Assembly: GCA_950097015.1 (NCBI GenBank)
Contig: CATNEN010000005.1
Location: forward strand, 4,960,001-5,024,000
Direction of reading: 5' to 3'
From: Macrostomum hystrix
Lineage: Eukaryota; Animalia; Platyhelminthes
Length of the DNA: 64,000 nt
Part shown: positions 24,183-36,070 of the stretch, piece by piece
Numbering within the stretch: the stretch's first letter is position 1
Layout of the letters: each line of letters begins with the position of its first letter
Made by a program: the position numbers and the translations under genes
The notes under the pieces: generated by a model
Seen by the model: only the letters and a program-made list of their open reading frames with translations
The model's database searches: none
What the model was told of the DNA's origin: nothing

Positions 24183-24335
24183 AGCAACCAAAACGTGAGG
24201 GTTACAAATTACAGCTGAAAAATATAAAATACGCTCGTAAGTTAAAAACTACTTTAGTAATAACTAAATTCTGTCTGACAAGTTCAACTACAGCAGATAA
24301 TTGAAATTAGAATTGCTAACATACTCTGAAGAAAG

Positions 24336-24545
24336 TTGGAGCCTAGTGGTTAGAGCATTGCACTTGCGACTTAAAAGTAGGTGGTCCGATTCCCGACTCT
24401 ACTCTGTATTAACCTTGGATTGCTTCAGTTCACCCAGCTATTAAATGGGTACTAGAATGAGCTGGGGTTTTTGAAAGAGGGTGTGTGGCATCTCCCCCCA
24501 GTCCATGGACTGAACAACAGTACGCAGCCTTCAGAGCGCTGCGGC
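24336..24545 (+). mobile_element. SINE family B
   Basis: GCCTAGTGGTTAGAGC..GGTCCGATTCCCGACT..TTGCTTCAGTTCACCCAGCTATTAAATGGGTAC..CCCCAGTCCATGGACTGAAC. Confidence 0.85.
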
Positions 24546-26686
24546 TGTACTATAAGTTCCACCTGATGGCAAGTGCAATTAGTTATTCCTGAGCTATTAA
24601 ACCATGAAAGTGCCATTATAAACAGCGAATCCAGAAGTCCAAGAAGTTCAAAAATATTTTAGAACTTTCTTGGACCACAAAGTAAAAGATAGCGAATCCG
24701 TTGAGCCAGCTTAGCGGTTTGGTCTAAGCTACAGATAAGAACAAGCCAAGATACAAATTGCATTTGTCTATCTAGAAAAACTGCAGCAACTAACTCACCA
24801 TTCTGCTTGATCGCTTAAATTCTGCAATTTTGACTAGCCTGATAACGTTTCTAATATTTCTCCTTTCTCATTAGAAGTTGATTTTAATTTGCTCAATCAT
24901 TTTAGACGTTTAAAATCTGCTTTTAGGGTGCGCGTTCTTCTTGCACGTAAATAGTGCACAATGAACCATTCGAAAACAACAGATAATTAAAGGGTTCAGT
25001 CCTTTTGGTCAGGAAGAAAAAACTATGCTTTAGTACTTTATAGGATCACGCAAGCAAAAAGGACAGAACTGTTCTGAATCACAGGAAAAAATCGATTTCA
25101 AAAAAACGTAAATTTACATTTACAATTGGGTAAATGGCGGGAGTAACTATACACGATTTGCAAACAAAAATGCCTCGCCATCTAATTAGGATTTTTTATT
25201 TTCTCATTTCTACCCCCAGCACTGGTTTAAGTGATATTTTTGTCTAATGTATCCATTGCCCTTTAAACTTAGCGCCCATAGTGCCATGACATGCACACAG
25301 CTTATGCCAAACTATTGGCTCTTACTAGTTCTATGACAAGGCATTTACATGAAGCATTAAAAAGTATTAAAAAGGTTGAAGGCAAACCAAATTGGTAATC
25401 TAGACAGCTCTTGCATGCCCTAGTCATCTAGCATCTGCATGATTCAATGATCTAATATATATAAAAAATGTTGTATCACAGCTTGCAGCATTTATTGCTT
25501 GATAGCAACTTCTAGCTACACTAGCTTGCTTTGACCCCTAGTACTTTCAGATATATTCACATATTGATCATACTATCTTTTCTTATAGCCTTAATTCCAA
25601 GATTTTAGAAAAATGCAACTAGAACCAAAACAAATTTCAAACAACTAACTTACAAACAACAATATAATTATATATAGCTTTCTAACTAAAGCTATTAGAC
25701 ATTTTTGTTGAAACCTTTGAGGTAAAGATATACTAATAATAATAATGTAGCACCATGCGCTGAACACAGAAGAGACAAAAGGGGGGCAGGTGTCAAATTT
25801 TGCACCTCAAATTGAGCACAATTTGCTTGAATTTTGCACCTTAAAAACACTTCATGCTGGCTGCCTGAAAACTTATATTAACCTAGAAATACATAATATA
25901 TATAATATAAAAAACCAGCATTTAATGGTTTTTAATTGAATCAGATAATAATAAAATAAAACTGATAACTACATGCTGCCACAGAATAAGTGTTTTTCAT
26001 TGGTAATGTGATTTAAGGCAAAAAAGTTAACCCAGAACTAAAAGAAATTATAAATTAAGATGAAACTTGAAAAAATGCTTTCTATTGCCTTTGCAAAATT
26101 ATTTTTATCTATCCAGTATTCAAACATATAAACTTTATTTTGCACATATAAATGATTGTTTGTCAATTATTTATTGCTACAAAGATGTGTTTACGAGAAG
26201 AGAATTTGCACTTTGAGTTGAATTAGAGTGCACTGTAATTAGCATGTTTTATTTATATATAACCAAGTTTAACAAGGGTAGGTAGGTTTAGTACTGTGTT
26301 TAGCTGTAAGTGGTTAGGCAAGGCCCTTTAACCTGCCCCCCTTAGGCAATTTTTCTCTTTAGATCTAGTTAAATACAATATCTCAGATAATTGGATTCAA
26401 AGAACAATTCAATCAATATTTATTTATTTATTGAATAAATTTATTGAATTCAGTTGAAATTATTATATAAAATAGTTTTTATACACTTTGTCTAAATAAT
26501 TACCATTTTATTTATTGAAAGTTTGATGAGCTATTAAAGTGCTATACAAGAAGCCTGTTACATTATATATGTTTTTTCTACTATAGAAAAAATATGACTA
26601 CTATATCATATCAATACTAAATTCATAGCAAAAACAAATAATAATAGCAAGTTTGGCAGGACACAACAATTGTCTAAAAATAGCTA

Positions 26687-27329
26687 GGGTAATGTATCAT
26701 CAACCGAACAGTGTATCTTCAAAACCGAACAAGAATTTCGACTCTTTCCTTGGTCTCATGCAAGACAGAAACAAGCTATTGTGTTTCACAGAACAACTAA
26801 TTTGAAAGTTGAAGAAATTATCTACATGCTGAGGCATAATGTGCAATGAAGCATTAAGAGGAAAGAAAGATATAGATGTTTCAGTAGAATTTTTTATTGC
26901 AAAAGCATACTTTTTAACAACATTTTTTCAGTATGTACTTTAGACAAAGATTGTATGTGGTTGCTTGCCAATTAAATGACCATAAATGTAGTTATTTATA
27001 GAACATGAAAAATGCTTTCAAATGACATAATTCATGATAGTTTACTCCTTAAAATAAGAATAAACCACTCACTCAAATTATAAAACCAAACATCAAATTC
27101 TCTGTTTGGTTTGAAGATACATGAAAATCATTGTTCGGTTTTAGATAAAAAGCAGGAATAACTTTTATTCTATTTGACAAAATAGCAAAAGCAGATACTT
27201 TTTAGAAAGATGTAACTGTTTTCTATAACTTGGCTTTTGATTTATCATCATATCTTAAATAGAAAATCTGTAGCTTAAGTTTGAAGTTAAAAAAATACAC
27301 ATTCTTGTTTGGTTGATGATACATTACCC
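26687..27329 (+). mobile_element. MITE (643 bp), TIR GGGTAATGTATCATCAACC(G/A)AACA, flanked by TA
   Basis: About 24-bp terminal inverted repeats with TA on both sides. No ORF. Confidence 0.88.
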
Positions 27330-27905
27330 TAAGAGAACAAAATATGGCCTACTAATTTAGCTACTAGTGAAAAAAATGCAAAAAAGGTTAACAATATTAA
27401 AGATAAGCCTAGGCCCTAGTTACAGAAAAGTTAGGCCTAGTGGTTTCATTGCAATGGGCACTTTATGGACAATTCTGAGCCCATACATGCGCAACACCCG
27501 GCCAACCCGGCCAGGTGAAATGAGGGCCAAGCAATGAAAGTCGCAAAAACCAATCAACCAAGTGCAAAAAAATAAAAGGGGGACCAAGGGACAAAAAAGG
27601 AAGGTGTGAAGAAACGGAAAAAGGGGAGAGAAAAAGAGAGCAAATGAGAGCAAACTAAGTCGTAAATAGAGCAATGAAACAAACTAAGTCGCAAATGAGA
27701 GCAAACTAAGTCGTAAATAGAGCAAAAACTAAGTCACCCGGCTGGCTAGGCCTAAGATTTGGGAGCTTGTCACTGCTTGTGCATGTATGTCTGTCTGAGC
27801 CTGTTAAAGAATGACTTGTTTTTAACTTGTTTCTGATGGTTCTAGTAACTGTAAAATTCAATTTGGGAGCCTGAAAAGTTACAATTTATAAGTTAATGTA
27901 AAGTA

Positions 27906-28547
27906 GGGTAATGTATCATCAACCAAACAAGAATGTGTATTTTATTAACTTCAAACCTAAGCTACAGATTTTCTATTTAAGATATGATGATAAATCAAAA
28001 GCCAAGTTATAGAAAACAGTTACATCTTTCTAAAAAGTATCTGCTTTTGCTATTTTGTCAAATAGAAAAAAGTTATTCCTGCTTTTTATCTAAAACCGAA
28101 CAATGATTTTCATGTATCTTCAAACCAAACAGAGAATTTGATGTTTGGTTTTATAATTTGAGTGAGTGGTTTAATCTTATTTTAAGGAGTGAACTATCAT
28201 GAATTATGTCATTTGAAAGCATTTTTCATGTTCTATAAATAACTACATTTATGGTCATTTAATTGGCAAGCAACCACATACAATCTTTGTCTAAAGTACA
28301 TACTGAAAAAATGTTGTTAAAAAGTATGCTTTTGCAATAAAAAATTCTACTGAAACATCTATATCTTTCTTTCCTCTTAATGCTTCATTGCACATTATGC
28401 CTCAGCATGTAGATAATTTCTTCAACTTTCAAATTAGTTGTTCTGTGAAACACAATAGCTTGTTTCTGTCTTGCATGAGACCAAGGAAGGAGTCGAAATT
28501 CTTGTTCGGTTTTGAAGATACACTGTTCGGTTGATGATACATTACCC
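27906..28547 (-). mobile_element. Second copy of the same MITE, inverted
   Basis: Near-identical reverse complement of 26687-27329, with TA flanks. Confidence 0.88.
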
Positions 28548-29217
28548 TATACAAGACACATTTTACCTTATGGCTTATAATAACTAATTACAACCTACTG
28601 ACATACAGCTATGGAAAACTATGAAATGTGACAGCAGCTAGGCCCCCTACCATACTTACATATTCGTAGCTACATGAGTAGCTACTATCTACAGTAAGCA
28701 TATGATACATATCAATTGCTGCCATAGGTAGGCCTACCCATCTGTAGGCCGTCGTAGGATCCCATCCTATAGCTATACTTATAGCTTTTTCATTGGGCAC
28801 AGGTCACAGGCCGCACGCACAACTTTTATCAAACTTAGAGAACCAACAAAAATGTTGGGCTTAATTTAAAAGGTCTAAGAAATAAACAGAAACGACTTAG
28901 TCAGTGCCTATATCTCGAAAAATAAGTGGATATGTAATTATTTGTAATTAAATGCTCTGGGCAATCTTGTTTTTCGCCTGTTCCACCTTTTCGAACAGAA
29001 ATAAAGTTGAAAGTTAAAGTTGAATTGTTTGTGTATGCGTACAAACAAATACATATTGCTAATGCTCTATATTTAAAGAATTCAGCAGTAGTTTAGTGCA
29101 CGTAAAAAGATTAGCTATAAAAATAGCTTTTTTAATTTTAATTATTTGTTTTTATGCGTCTATTAGGACAGGTACTAGCTCTCGCGAAAACTTATTTAAT
29201 GGTAGATTAAGTCTATG

Positions 29218-29393
29218 CAGGGGCGTATGCTGGGGGATACGGGAATATACCCCCCATTTCCCAAAATTTGGGTCGAATATTTTTGGTGGGAGTTACAGCA
29301 CAGCTAGGATTACATTTTGTCTAATTTTAGTCCGGTATGTTTATATTTCTGCTCGTATTATCCCCCCAAACTAAATTCCAGCATACGCCACTG
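29218..29393. mobile_element. hAT-like MITE (TIR CAG(G/T)GGCGTATGCTGG)
   Basis: CAGGGGCGTATGCTGG ... CCAGCATACGCCACTG. Degenerate 8-bp flanks AGTCTATG / AGTGTTTG. Confidence 0.7.
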
Positions 29394-29394
29394 A

Positions 29395-31392
29395 GTGTTT
29401 GGTTTCAGACTTGGATAATATTTAATTCTGAAACCTAAGACATAAGCGCATTATCATATAGACTAGCCTTTTCGGTTGATCATTATTAACGCCATTAAGC
29501 CTATGGTTTAATTCTGAAACCATAGACATAAGTGCATTATCATATAGACTAGCGTTTTCGGTTGATCATTATGTAACGCGATTAAGCCACGCCATTAAGT
29601 AACGCTGCAGTGTCTTCGTGCCATAGATATTGGCTCGGCAGTGTGCAGGGTCAAGGGAGCACAGCTCCCTTGCAGGGTGTGGGGGCAGAGCCCCGACTAA
29701 TCGGACCATAAGACAATTTTTAGAATACAGTTCTCTAAAAGAAAAGCTCGACCATGAAGTCTGTTAGGAAGTTAAGAACTAGAAGCAAGAAGCGAGATAA
29801 ATCGAATTAAAAAAGCCTCTTATCAACTGGAAAAATCTACCGGTCGACAGTTTATAGATCAGATGGCGTCTCGTCTACTGAACTAGATTTTCTGAGTGAA
29901 CTGAGCGCCGTGAACCACAGTTCCGATGAAATTCTTGGAGATTTTATCGACTACCTGTCTAAAATCGAGACGGCTGATGAGGCCGCTGCGGTTTCTAGTG
30001 TCGAGCTTCCAGAACTATCTGATTTACCCAGTGCGATGGATGTTGTCGAACTGGAATCACTGCCGAGCACTACACGAGAACACATGGCATGTTTCTGTAT
30101 GGCAAAATGTTCGTGGAGTTTTTGAAGAAGCATGGTGCTGTGGATGTGAGCGTGATCAGTGACAGTCGCTTGGCCGAATTTCTAAGGTTCTTTTACTTCT
30201 GTCTAAAATCTGACGGCAGTTGCTATTCGCCAGCTACGTTGGTCTGCATTCGTGCTGGAGTGCAGAGGTACTTGACTCTCGTGCTGAAGCGTCGAACAAA
30301 TATTTCCAGTGACGAGTTCGCCACTGCCAACCGGATGCTGCGAGTAAAGGTGCGGCATTTTCATGCTGATTGAGGCACTGTCAATCAGCACGAGCCAATA
30401 GAAGGTGATTTACAGAAAACGCGTGCTTATTTTGACCGTTCTACAGCTGAACGGTTGCAAGATGAAGTACTATTGAAGGACATACGCTGCTGTATGTCCT
30501 GGGCGAGAGAGGTCAAGAAGCAAGTCTAAAGCAAGTTGGCACGCTCCAAGAAGAAGTCGACGCTGATGGGAATCCATATCTTGCGTTGCACCGCCGTTAA
30601 AGACAAAAAACCAGAGTAGCGATCCAACAAAATGCAAGGGAAATCAGAGCAAACAGTCGGATCTACGGCGGTCAGCGGGAGTTGATCCTGCATTATCAGA
30701 GTTTGTTACCGCAGAATTCGTCCTCGTTCTTTCCGCGCCCTCTGACTAACAATTCGGGAGGACAAATTCGCTTCTCTGCTACGCAAGTGCGCGGTGTCAA
30801 TTGGTTGGCTGCATTCATGAAGCACGTGAGTAGTGTGTGCAACCTCTCCAAGCAGTACACGAATCACTGCATACGCGTCACGCGTATTGCGGATCTTTTC
30901 GACAAAGGAATGCCTATGGGTGAGATAATGGCGGTAACGGGACAACGGTCGGAGTCCACTGTTCGACGTTATCTCGCACGCAAGCGTGACAAAACCCTCA
31001 GGAAGGTTGCTACCGCTGTTAGTGACAATTTGGCCCCACAAACCGAGGCGACTACGAGTGCAACCACTAGTGCAACAGTCATGCAGCAAGCTCAAGTTGA
31101 CATGCGAAGTGTGCAACAGCCGATGTTTGCCAACTGCCTCTTCGATGGGTGCACGTTCAACTTCTAACAAAGAATATATAGCTCGTACTTATAAGTCTTA
31201 ACTGTCGAAAATTAAATACTTTGGTATTCGTTTGCTTTGCTATATCCTCGATCTGTTTCCTGTTAAAGTTCTTGTTGCTCATATTAATAAAAACAGTGAA
31301 TTTCTCGCTCATAATCTATGGCAATTTATCGTGACTTAACAGCTTCATTAAAAATGCATTAAAAACGATAGTCTATATGATAATTAGCGTTA
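29395..31392 (+). mobile_element. Crypton-like tyrosine-recombinase DNA transposon (defective)
   Basis: A YR pseudogene flanked by the inverted subterminal motif ATTATCATATAGACTA(G/T)CGTTTT (left copies near 29450 and 29538, right inverted copy near 31360-31384) and by CCATAGAC sites. Confidence 0.7.
29863..31167 (+). pseudogene. DUF3504/Crypton-type tyrosine recombinase with several frameshifts and stops
   Basis: Fragments in different frames: LAEFLRFFYFCLKSDGSCYSPATL..IRAGVQRYL, LGERGQE (catalytic R box), KTKNQ, YTNHCIRVT (HxxR), IMAVTGQRSESTVRRY (catalytic Y; conserved His replaced by Gln). Confidence 0.8.
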
Positions 31393-32216
31393 GCATGAAT
31401 ATACTCGTCATACTCGTCAGAAAAGACTGGCTTTCTTGTAGAGGTAAAATTGGTGATTGCCTGAATTTGCTTCTTGGCTTTCTGCGGATCGTGTCGGACT
31501 ACATTAAAGAATATTTGGACGATTGAGGTACATCAATGTTTCATGAAGCATTTGACTGGTAGGCTAAAAGCGGAAACGAGTATAAATAAGTGTTATAATA
31601 TAGAACAATAATTAATAATTATAGGTAGTTTACAGGCGGAATTGCAAGCCTTTTAAGCAACGCAATTAAGTTCTAAAACATTAGCTTAAACAAAAATATC
31701 AGGTTAAGTAAAGATTCGAATATCGACAACGATTTAAGTTTAATACCATCATTAAATTTGCCATACTGCAATCAAATTTATAATTGCGACAACATTGGAA
31801 TGAAAAATAGATTTAGTACGAAGTAATTTAGAACGAAGCTTACAATTTACATTGAGCGTACAATAACATACATTACAACAAAAATGCAAATAGAAAGTAA
31901 ACCAGACACCAAAGCCTGTAATATCTTAGAAAACAAGCTGTAAAAATCGAAACTGGATAATGGACAGCAAAAGAGAAGAAATCAAACGGCACACTTATTA
32001 TCCTACTTGTAAGTAGAGAATTGCAGAAAAATGCTATACTGATGGTGCCCGCCACCGCTGTATAAGGTGAATAAAAGCGATTACTGGCTGGCACTGGATG
32101 TTTTATAGCATCGTTGTTCGTATGCATGGCCTTAAGAGAGCTTATTTAGTACATATTATTCGGTTAAGCTACTTATGAGTAGTAAACTTAAACCGTAACA
32201 TGGAAACAATTGGCAT

Positions 32217-32913
32217 TTAGCTTCTTAAAGCACTGGCACTCCTGGCAGCCAGTTGAGTCAGATCGTGACTCAGTGCCACCCGCCTGACTGTGTCCTCCAG
32301 CGGCGCGCCAACTGAACGCGCCCGCATTTGGCGCAGAAATCGACGCTGCTCATTGCAATGCAGCAGCTGACTGCGCAGTTCGGCAAGCCGATGCCGCAGG
32401 TCAGCGGCTTCAACTTCCAGTCGGGCAACTGAGCGCAGCAATGCATCGGCTTGATCGTCAGTGCGCGGACGAACACCTTCAAAGCCGGGCAGTTCGACAG
32501 TTAAAGGCACTGCTAGGATGTCGCAGATTAGCTGCTCGTCTAATCGCCAGATGGCTTCGTCGACATTGGCCTGAAGGCGGCGCTGAAATCTGGCAGCCAG
32601 ACGGGGCTGAAGGCTGGCCGATACTTTGGCGCCTTCGCGAAGCAGAGCGTCTCGAAGACGCAGGGTTAGACGCTGCGGCGCCACGCCTAGAAATGCGACC
32701 GCATCGGCTTGCGCCACTTCCAGTATTGGCGGACCAGGCTCTGTTGTCTGAGGCTGCTGTGGCTGCCGTTCAGCTGCATCGACCCGGCTGCTGCTTGTTG
32801 ACAGTCCAACGGTGCTGTTATTGGAAGTGGATGCCTAAAATTGAAGCACAATCAGCTGATCAAATCAAATCTAAATGGTCCACAATATAATAATATCCCA
32901 GAAACTACACCAT
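32217..32913 (-). CDS. MIS12: MIS12-like kinetochore protein; main exon 32834-32217, start either ATG 32913-32911 via a 76-nt intron or supplied by a spliced leader
   Basis: AFLGVAPQRLTLRL and DILAVPLTVELP resemble Mis12 QFFGFTPQTCMLRI and LILRIPSNILLP, followed by a coiled coil. In-frame TTTTAG acceptor at 32836-32835. Confidence 0.68.
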
Positions 32914-33365
32914 ATTTTAGGATTCTTCGACCCTTTAACAAGACCTAGTATTTGTTAAAAAGTTCTCTCTAACGCTAGACAAAAGACTATTCACTAAAGA
33001 GATGACAGAGGAGCTGAAACTAAAGAGTTAAGACATGTCAGGCTTCTATGCTTGCCGGGTAAACTGGAAAGTATAAAAATAGGGTAAGGATTCATGCAGG
33101 AACGCTTGCTAAAACGAGCTCTAAAATTGAAAAATAATCTACACTCAGCTCCTTCAGAGCGTGCAACAAAGCAGAATAACTTTTGTAATAAAAACCCCTA
33201 AAGCAGCTATATCTAATGCCTAATAAAAAATATACAAAAACGAGACGACAGAATATGCTATGGACTACCTGGGAAATAACTAATATGTATTTATAAATTA
33301 TAAAAACTTAATTTGATAGTAGCTTCATAACTGAGCAAATTTAAACGAGCAATAGTAAACACAAG

Positions 33366-33743
33366 TTAATATCTAGCGGGATCATTGTCCACTATGACGC
33401 TTAGACTAGGATAAGACTTGGCTATGATAGCTTTAGCCTCGGAGTGATTAGCCCGACCGAAGCCTTGCGAATAGCCGTAGACGCAGATCGACGAACCGTC
33501 GCTGTTCCATTCAATGCGACCGCCACCAGGGCACTCCGCTGCCAGGCCCTGTATTAGCCAGTCCATTGAATAATGATCGTAAATATCGGCGTGATAGTCG
33601 AAACGCGGATGGCCACGCACAACGCTGATCTTTTCGCCAGTCTCTGGGTCTTTAATCCGGATTATAATATATTTAAACCTGCCGGATGTGTGTATGACAG
33701 CTGGAGCGATCGATAATAGCTTGCTAGACTGTGTGCCCGACAT
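33366..33743 (-). CDS. PHPT1: 14-kDa phosphohistidine phosphatase (Janus/Ocnus family), intronless
   Basis: GRFKYIII, VRG, YHADIYD, ECPGGGRI and VYGYSQGFGRANH motifs. Confidence 0.93.
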   Translation of the reverse strand: MSGTQSSKLLSIAPAVIHTSGRFKYIIIRIKDPETGEKISVVRGHPRFDYHADIYDHYSMDWLIQGLAAECPGGGRIEWNSDGSSICVYGYSQGFGRANHSEAKAIIAKSYPSLSVIVDNDPARY

Positions 33744-34926
33744 ACTGCGAACTCGGACTGCAAGATAATATGGTTTGTCAGGACATTATTCTCGAATGAA
33801 TCTTGAATGAATCTAAATGAACATTTTAAGGTTTCTATATATAAGCTATGTAATACCCAACTAATTATAACCAACTCATTAATGATTGTCTATGAGATCA
33901 AGTTATACTCTGCTACACAAAGCTAATTCCGAGAATATCTTATGCATTCATAGAAATAGCTCCGCATCCTTACAATACGCTGTTATGCCCTCACCCAGAC
34001 ATAGTGACTATTTGAAAAGACTAACGACAGCAATTAACATGCAATTAAAATCATCAACATGAACTTCTAAAAAAATAAGCGGTTATTCTATTGGAGGGAG
34101 AAAGCAAGGCTACACAATAGACAAAGAAGAATCTGAGCCAACCAATAGAAATTGTTCTAGGGAGGGTTATCAGCTCAGTGATTGGTTGGTCAGTTGTCAC
34201 AGAAATAGAAATCTGTGTTAGCTAATAAAATCAGGACAAGACAACAGTTTCAAACCTATAAATAGGGGACCCCTTGGGAGCAGAAAAGGAGCCTTAAGAG
34301 CAAAATCACTCGTTTTAAGATTGAGTTAAGCTAATCTGTGCTATGGAAGTCAATTAGGTTGACTATAGCGAGTTTGATATCCTCCTAGAAGCAATCACCT
34401 AGTTGACCAACTGCCTGTGAGTTTGGGCAAAAAGAGGCCGATGGAATCCATCGCAACAGAGGCAGAATTGCCTGTTAAAGAACATCAGCTCAAGGCTCTA
34501 CTGTGCTGAGCCAAGCCTGGTTGGCAGCTGTGGTGAAGTACAACCTGTGGCGGAGACCAGTCGCTCAGTTCATTGAGTCAGTTCTGTCTCGCTCAGTGTC
34601 AAGACTGCCCATTCTGGCACAACCAGTAGCCCATTAGAATATATCTTGAAGGGGCAATATTGCAAGGTTGGCTTGGCATCCCCCAAATACAAAGACATCA
34701 ATTGTTATTGCTGTGCCAGAAGCAACAACAAACAGTGGTTACCAACAGATCGCCCTAAAACTGCCACTGCAGCTGGTGCAGTAAAAGCCACACACCACAG
34801 ATGTAGCAGTCAGTTGGACACATTGGACTTAAGAGATGGACAGAGCCAATGTTTCAGCACCTAGGTCATCAGCAGCCACCACAGTATCTGCAGTTGGGGT
34901 CATTGACACAACCTCGCCACAGCAAC

Positions 34927-35786
34927 TGTTGTAGGGCTAATTTAATTCTACTGCTGTCACCAAAGTTGTCCTAGGCCTCTGTCTATATTCAATATTTATT
35001 CTAACAATGCCACCAAAGTTGTTACTGGGCCTTTTTATACTTTTGTCAATCTTATTAAAGTCTTTAATTATTCGCTTTATGTATTTCTTATCTCAATTCA
35101 AATTAGTAGCGTTTAGATATTCAAATATGGTAGCGTTATGTATTCAATCTGGTAGCGTTATACTTTCAGTATGGCCGGTATCTTTCCTCTATATTTCCTT
35201 CTGCTTATAACTTTACTGTGTTATTTCTATAAGTACTTTGTATCAATCTTTATCCGTCTTTATCAGTCTTTATCCGTCTTTATCAGTCTTTATCCGTCTT
35301 TATCAGTCTTTATCCGTCTTTATCAGCCTTTATCCGTCTTTATCAGTCTTTCAATTATTATTCAGTTAACCATCAATTTTAGTCTTCAGCTCAGTCTTCA
35401 ATTTCAATCTTCAGTCCGTCTTCTGGGCTTTCCAGTGGATCTAGAGTTACAGCTTTTCTTCACTCTATTTACTTCTCTTTCGCAATGTCTCTTTTTCTTC
35501 AAATAACTTTAACACTAACACTTCAAATTCAAGTTTTCTTTATTCTGAACGTATGTGTATACAACACGTTAACACGTTGTCTGTCTCCCTGTTTTCTCTC
35601 GTGTATTTATAGTAAATTCTCTTATCATTCCGCGACTTCATTCAAACAATAATTATTCGGTGCATTTAAACAAAAGGTGCTTTTAAAACAAATTAGTGCA
35701 TTTAAACAAAAGTTGAATTTCAAACAAAATACTAGATTTTCGCGGGAAAACGTTTCTAAGAAATATACAGTCGGTGCCCTATCTCA
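34927..35786 (-). repeat. 3' LTR (860 bp)
   Basis: Matches 42976-43815. It has one extra 20-bp TTTATCAGTCTTTATCCGTC unit and a few substitutions. PPT-like AGTAGGGAGG just inside, at about 35792-35801. Confidence 0.95.
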
Positions 35787-36070
35787 ACTGACCTCCCTAC
35801 TAGTCAGAATTGAACGCACGTACTGTAAGTGAAAATATGACTATTCAAAAATAAAACATAGTAAGTGAGAATATAGCACATAAAAGAAAAGTGGCAAAAG
35901 CTATAAGTGAAAATATGACAAAACTATAGTTGAACATAGGCACATAAGAGTATAGCACAGAAAATATGATGCAATTTGTACAAAATATGATGCTAAAATT
36001 GGGGTGCTAAAATTACAACGTAAACCTTCACCAAAAGAATTTAAGTCCTTAACTGTCCTTTACTCATCAG

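Noticed and set aside
25779-26343. 13-bp inverted repeat AAGGGGGGCAGGT / ACCTGCCCCCCTT about 565 bp apart, a possible MITE
   Set aside because: The repeat is short and low-complexity, with no TSD and no second copy in the window.
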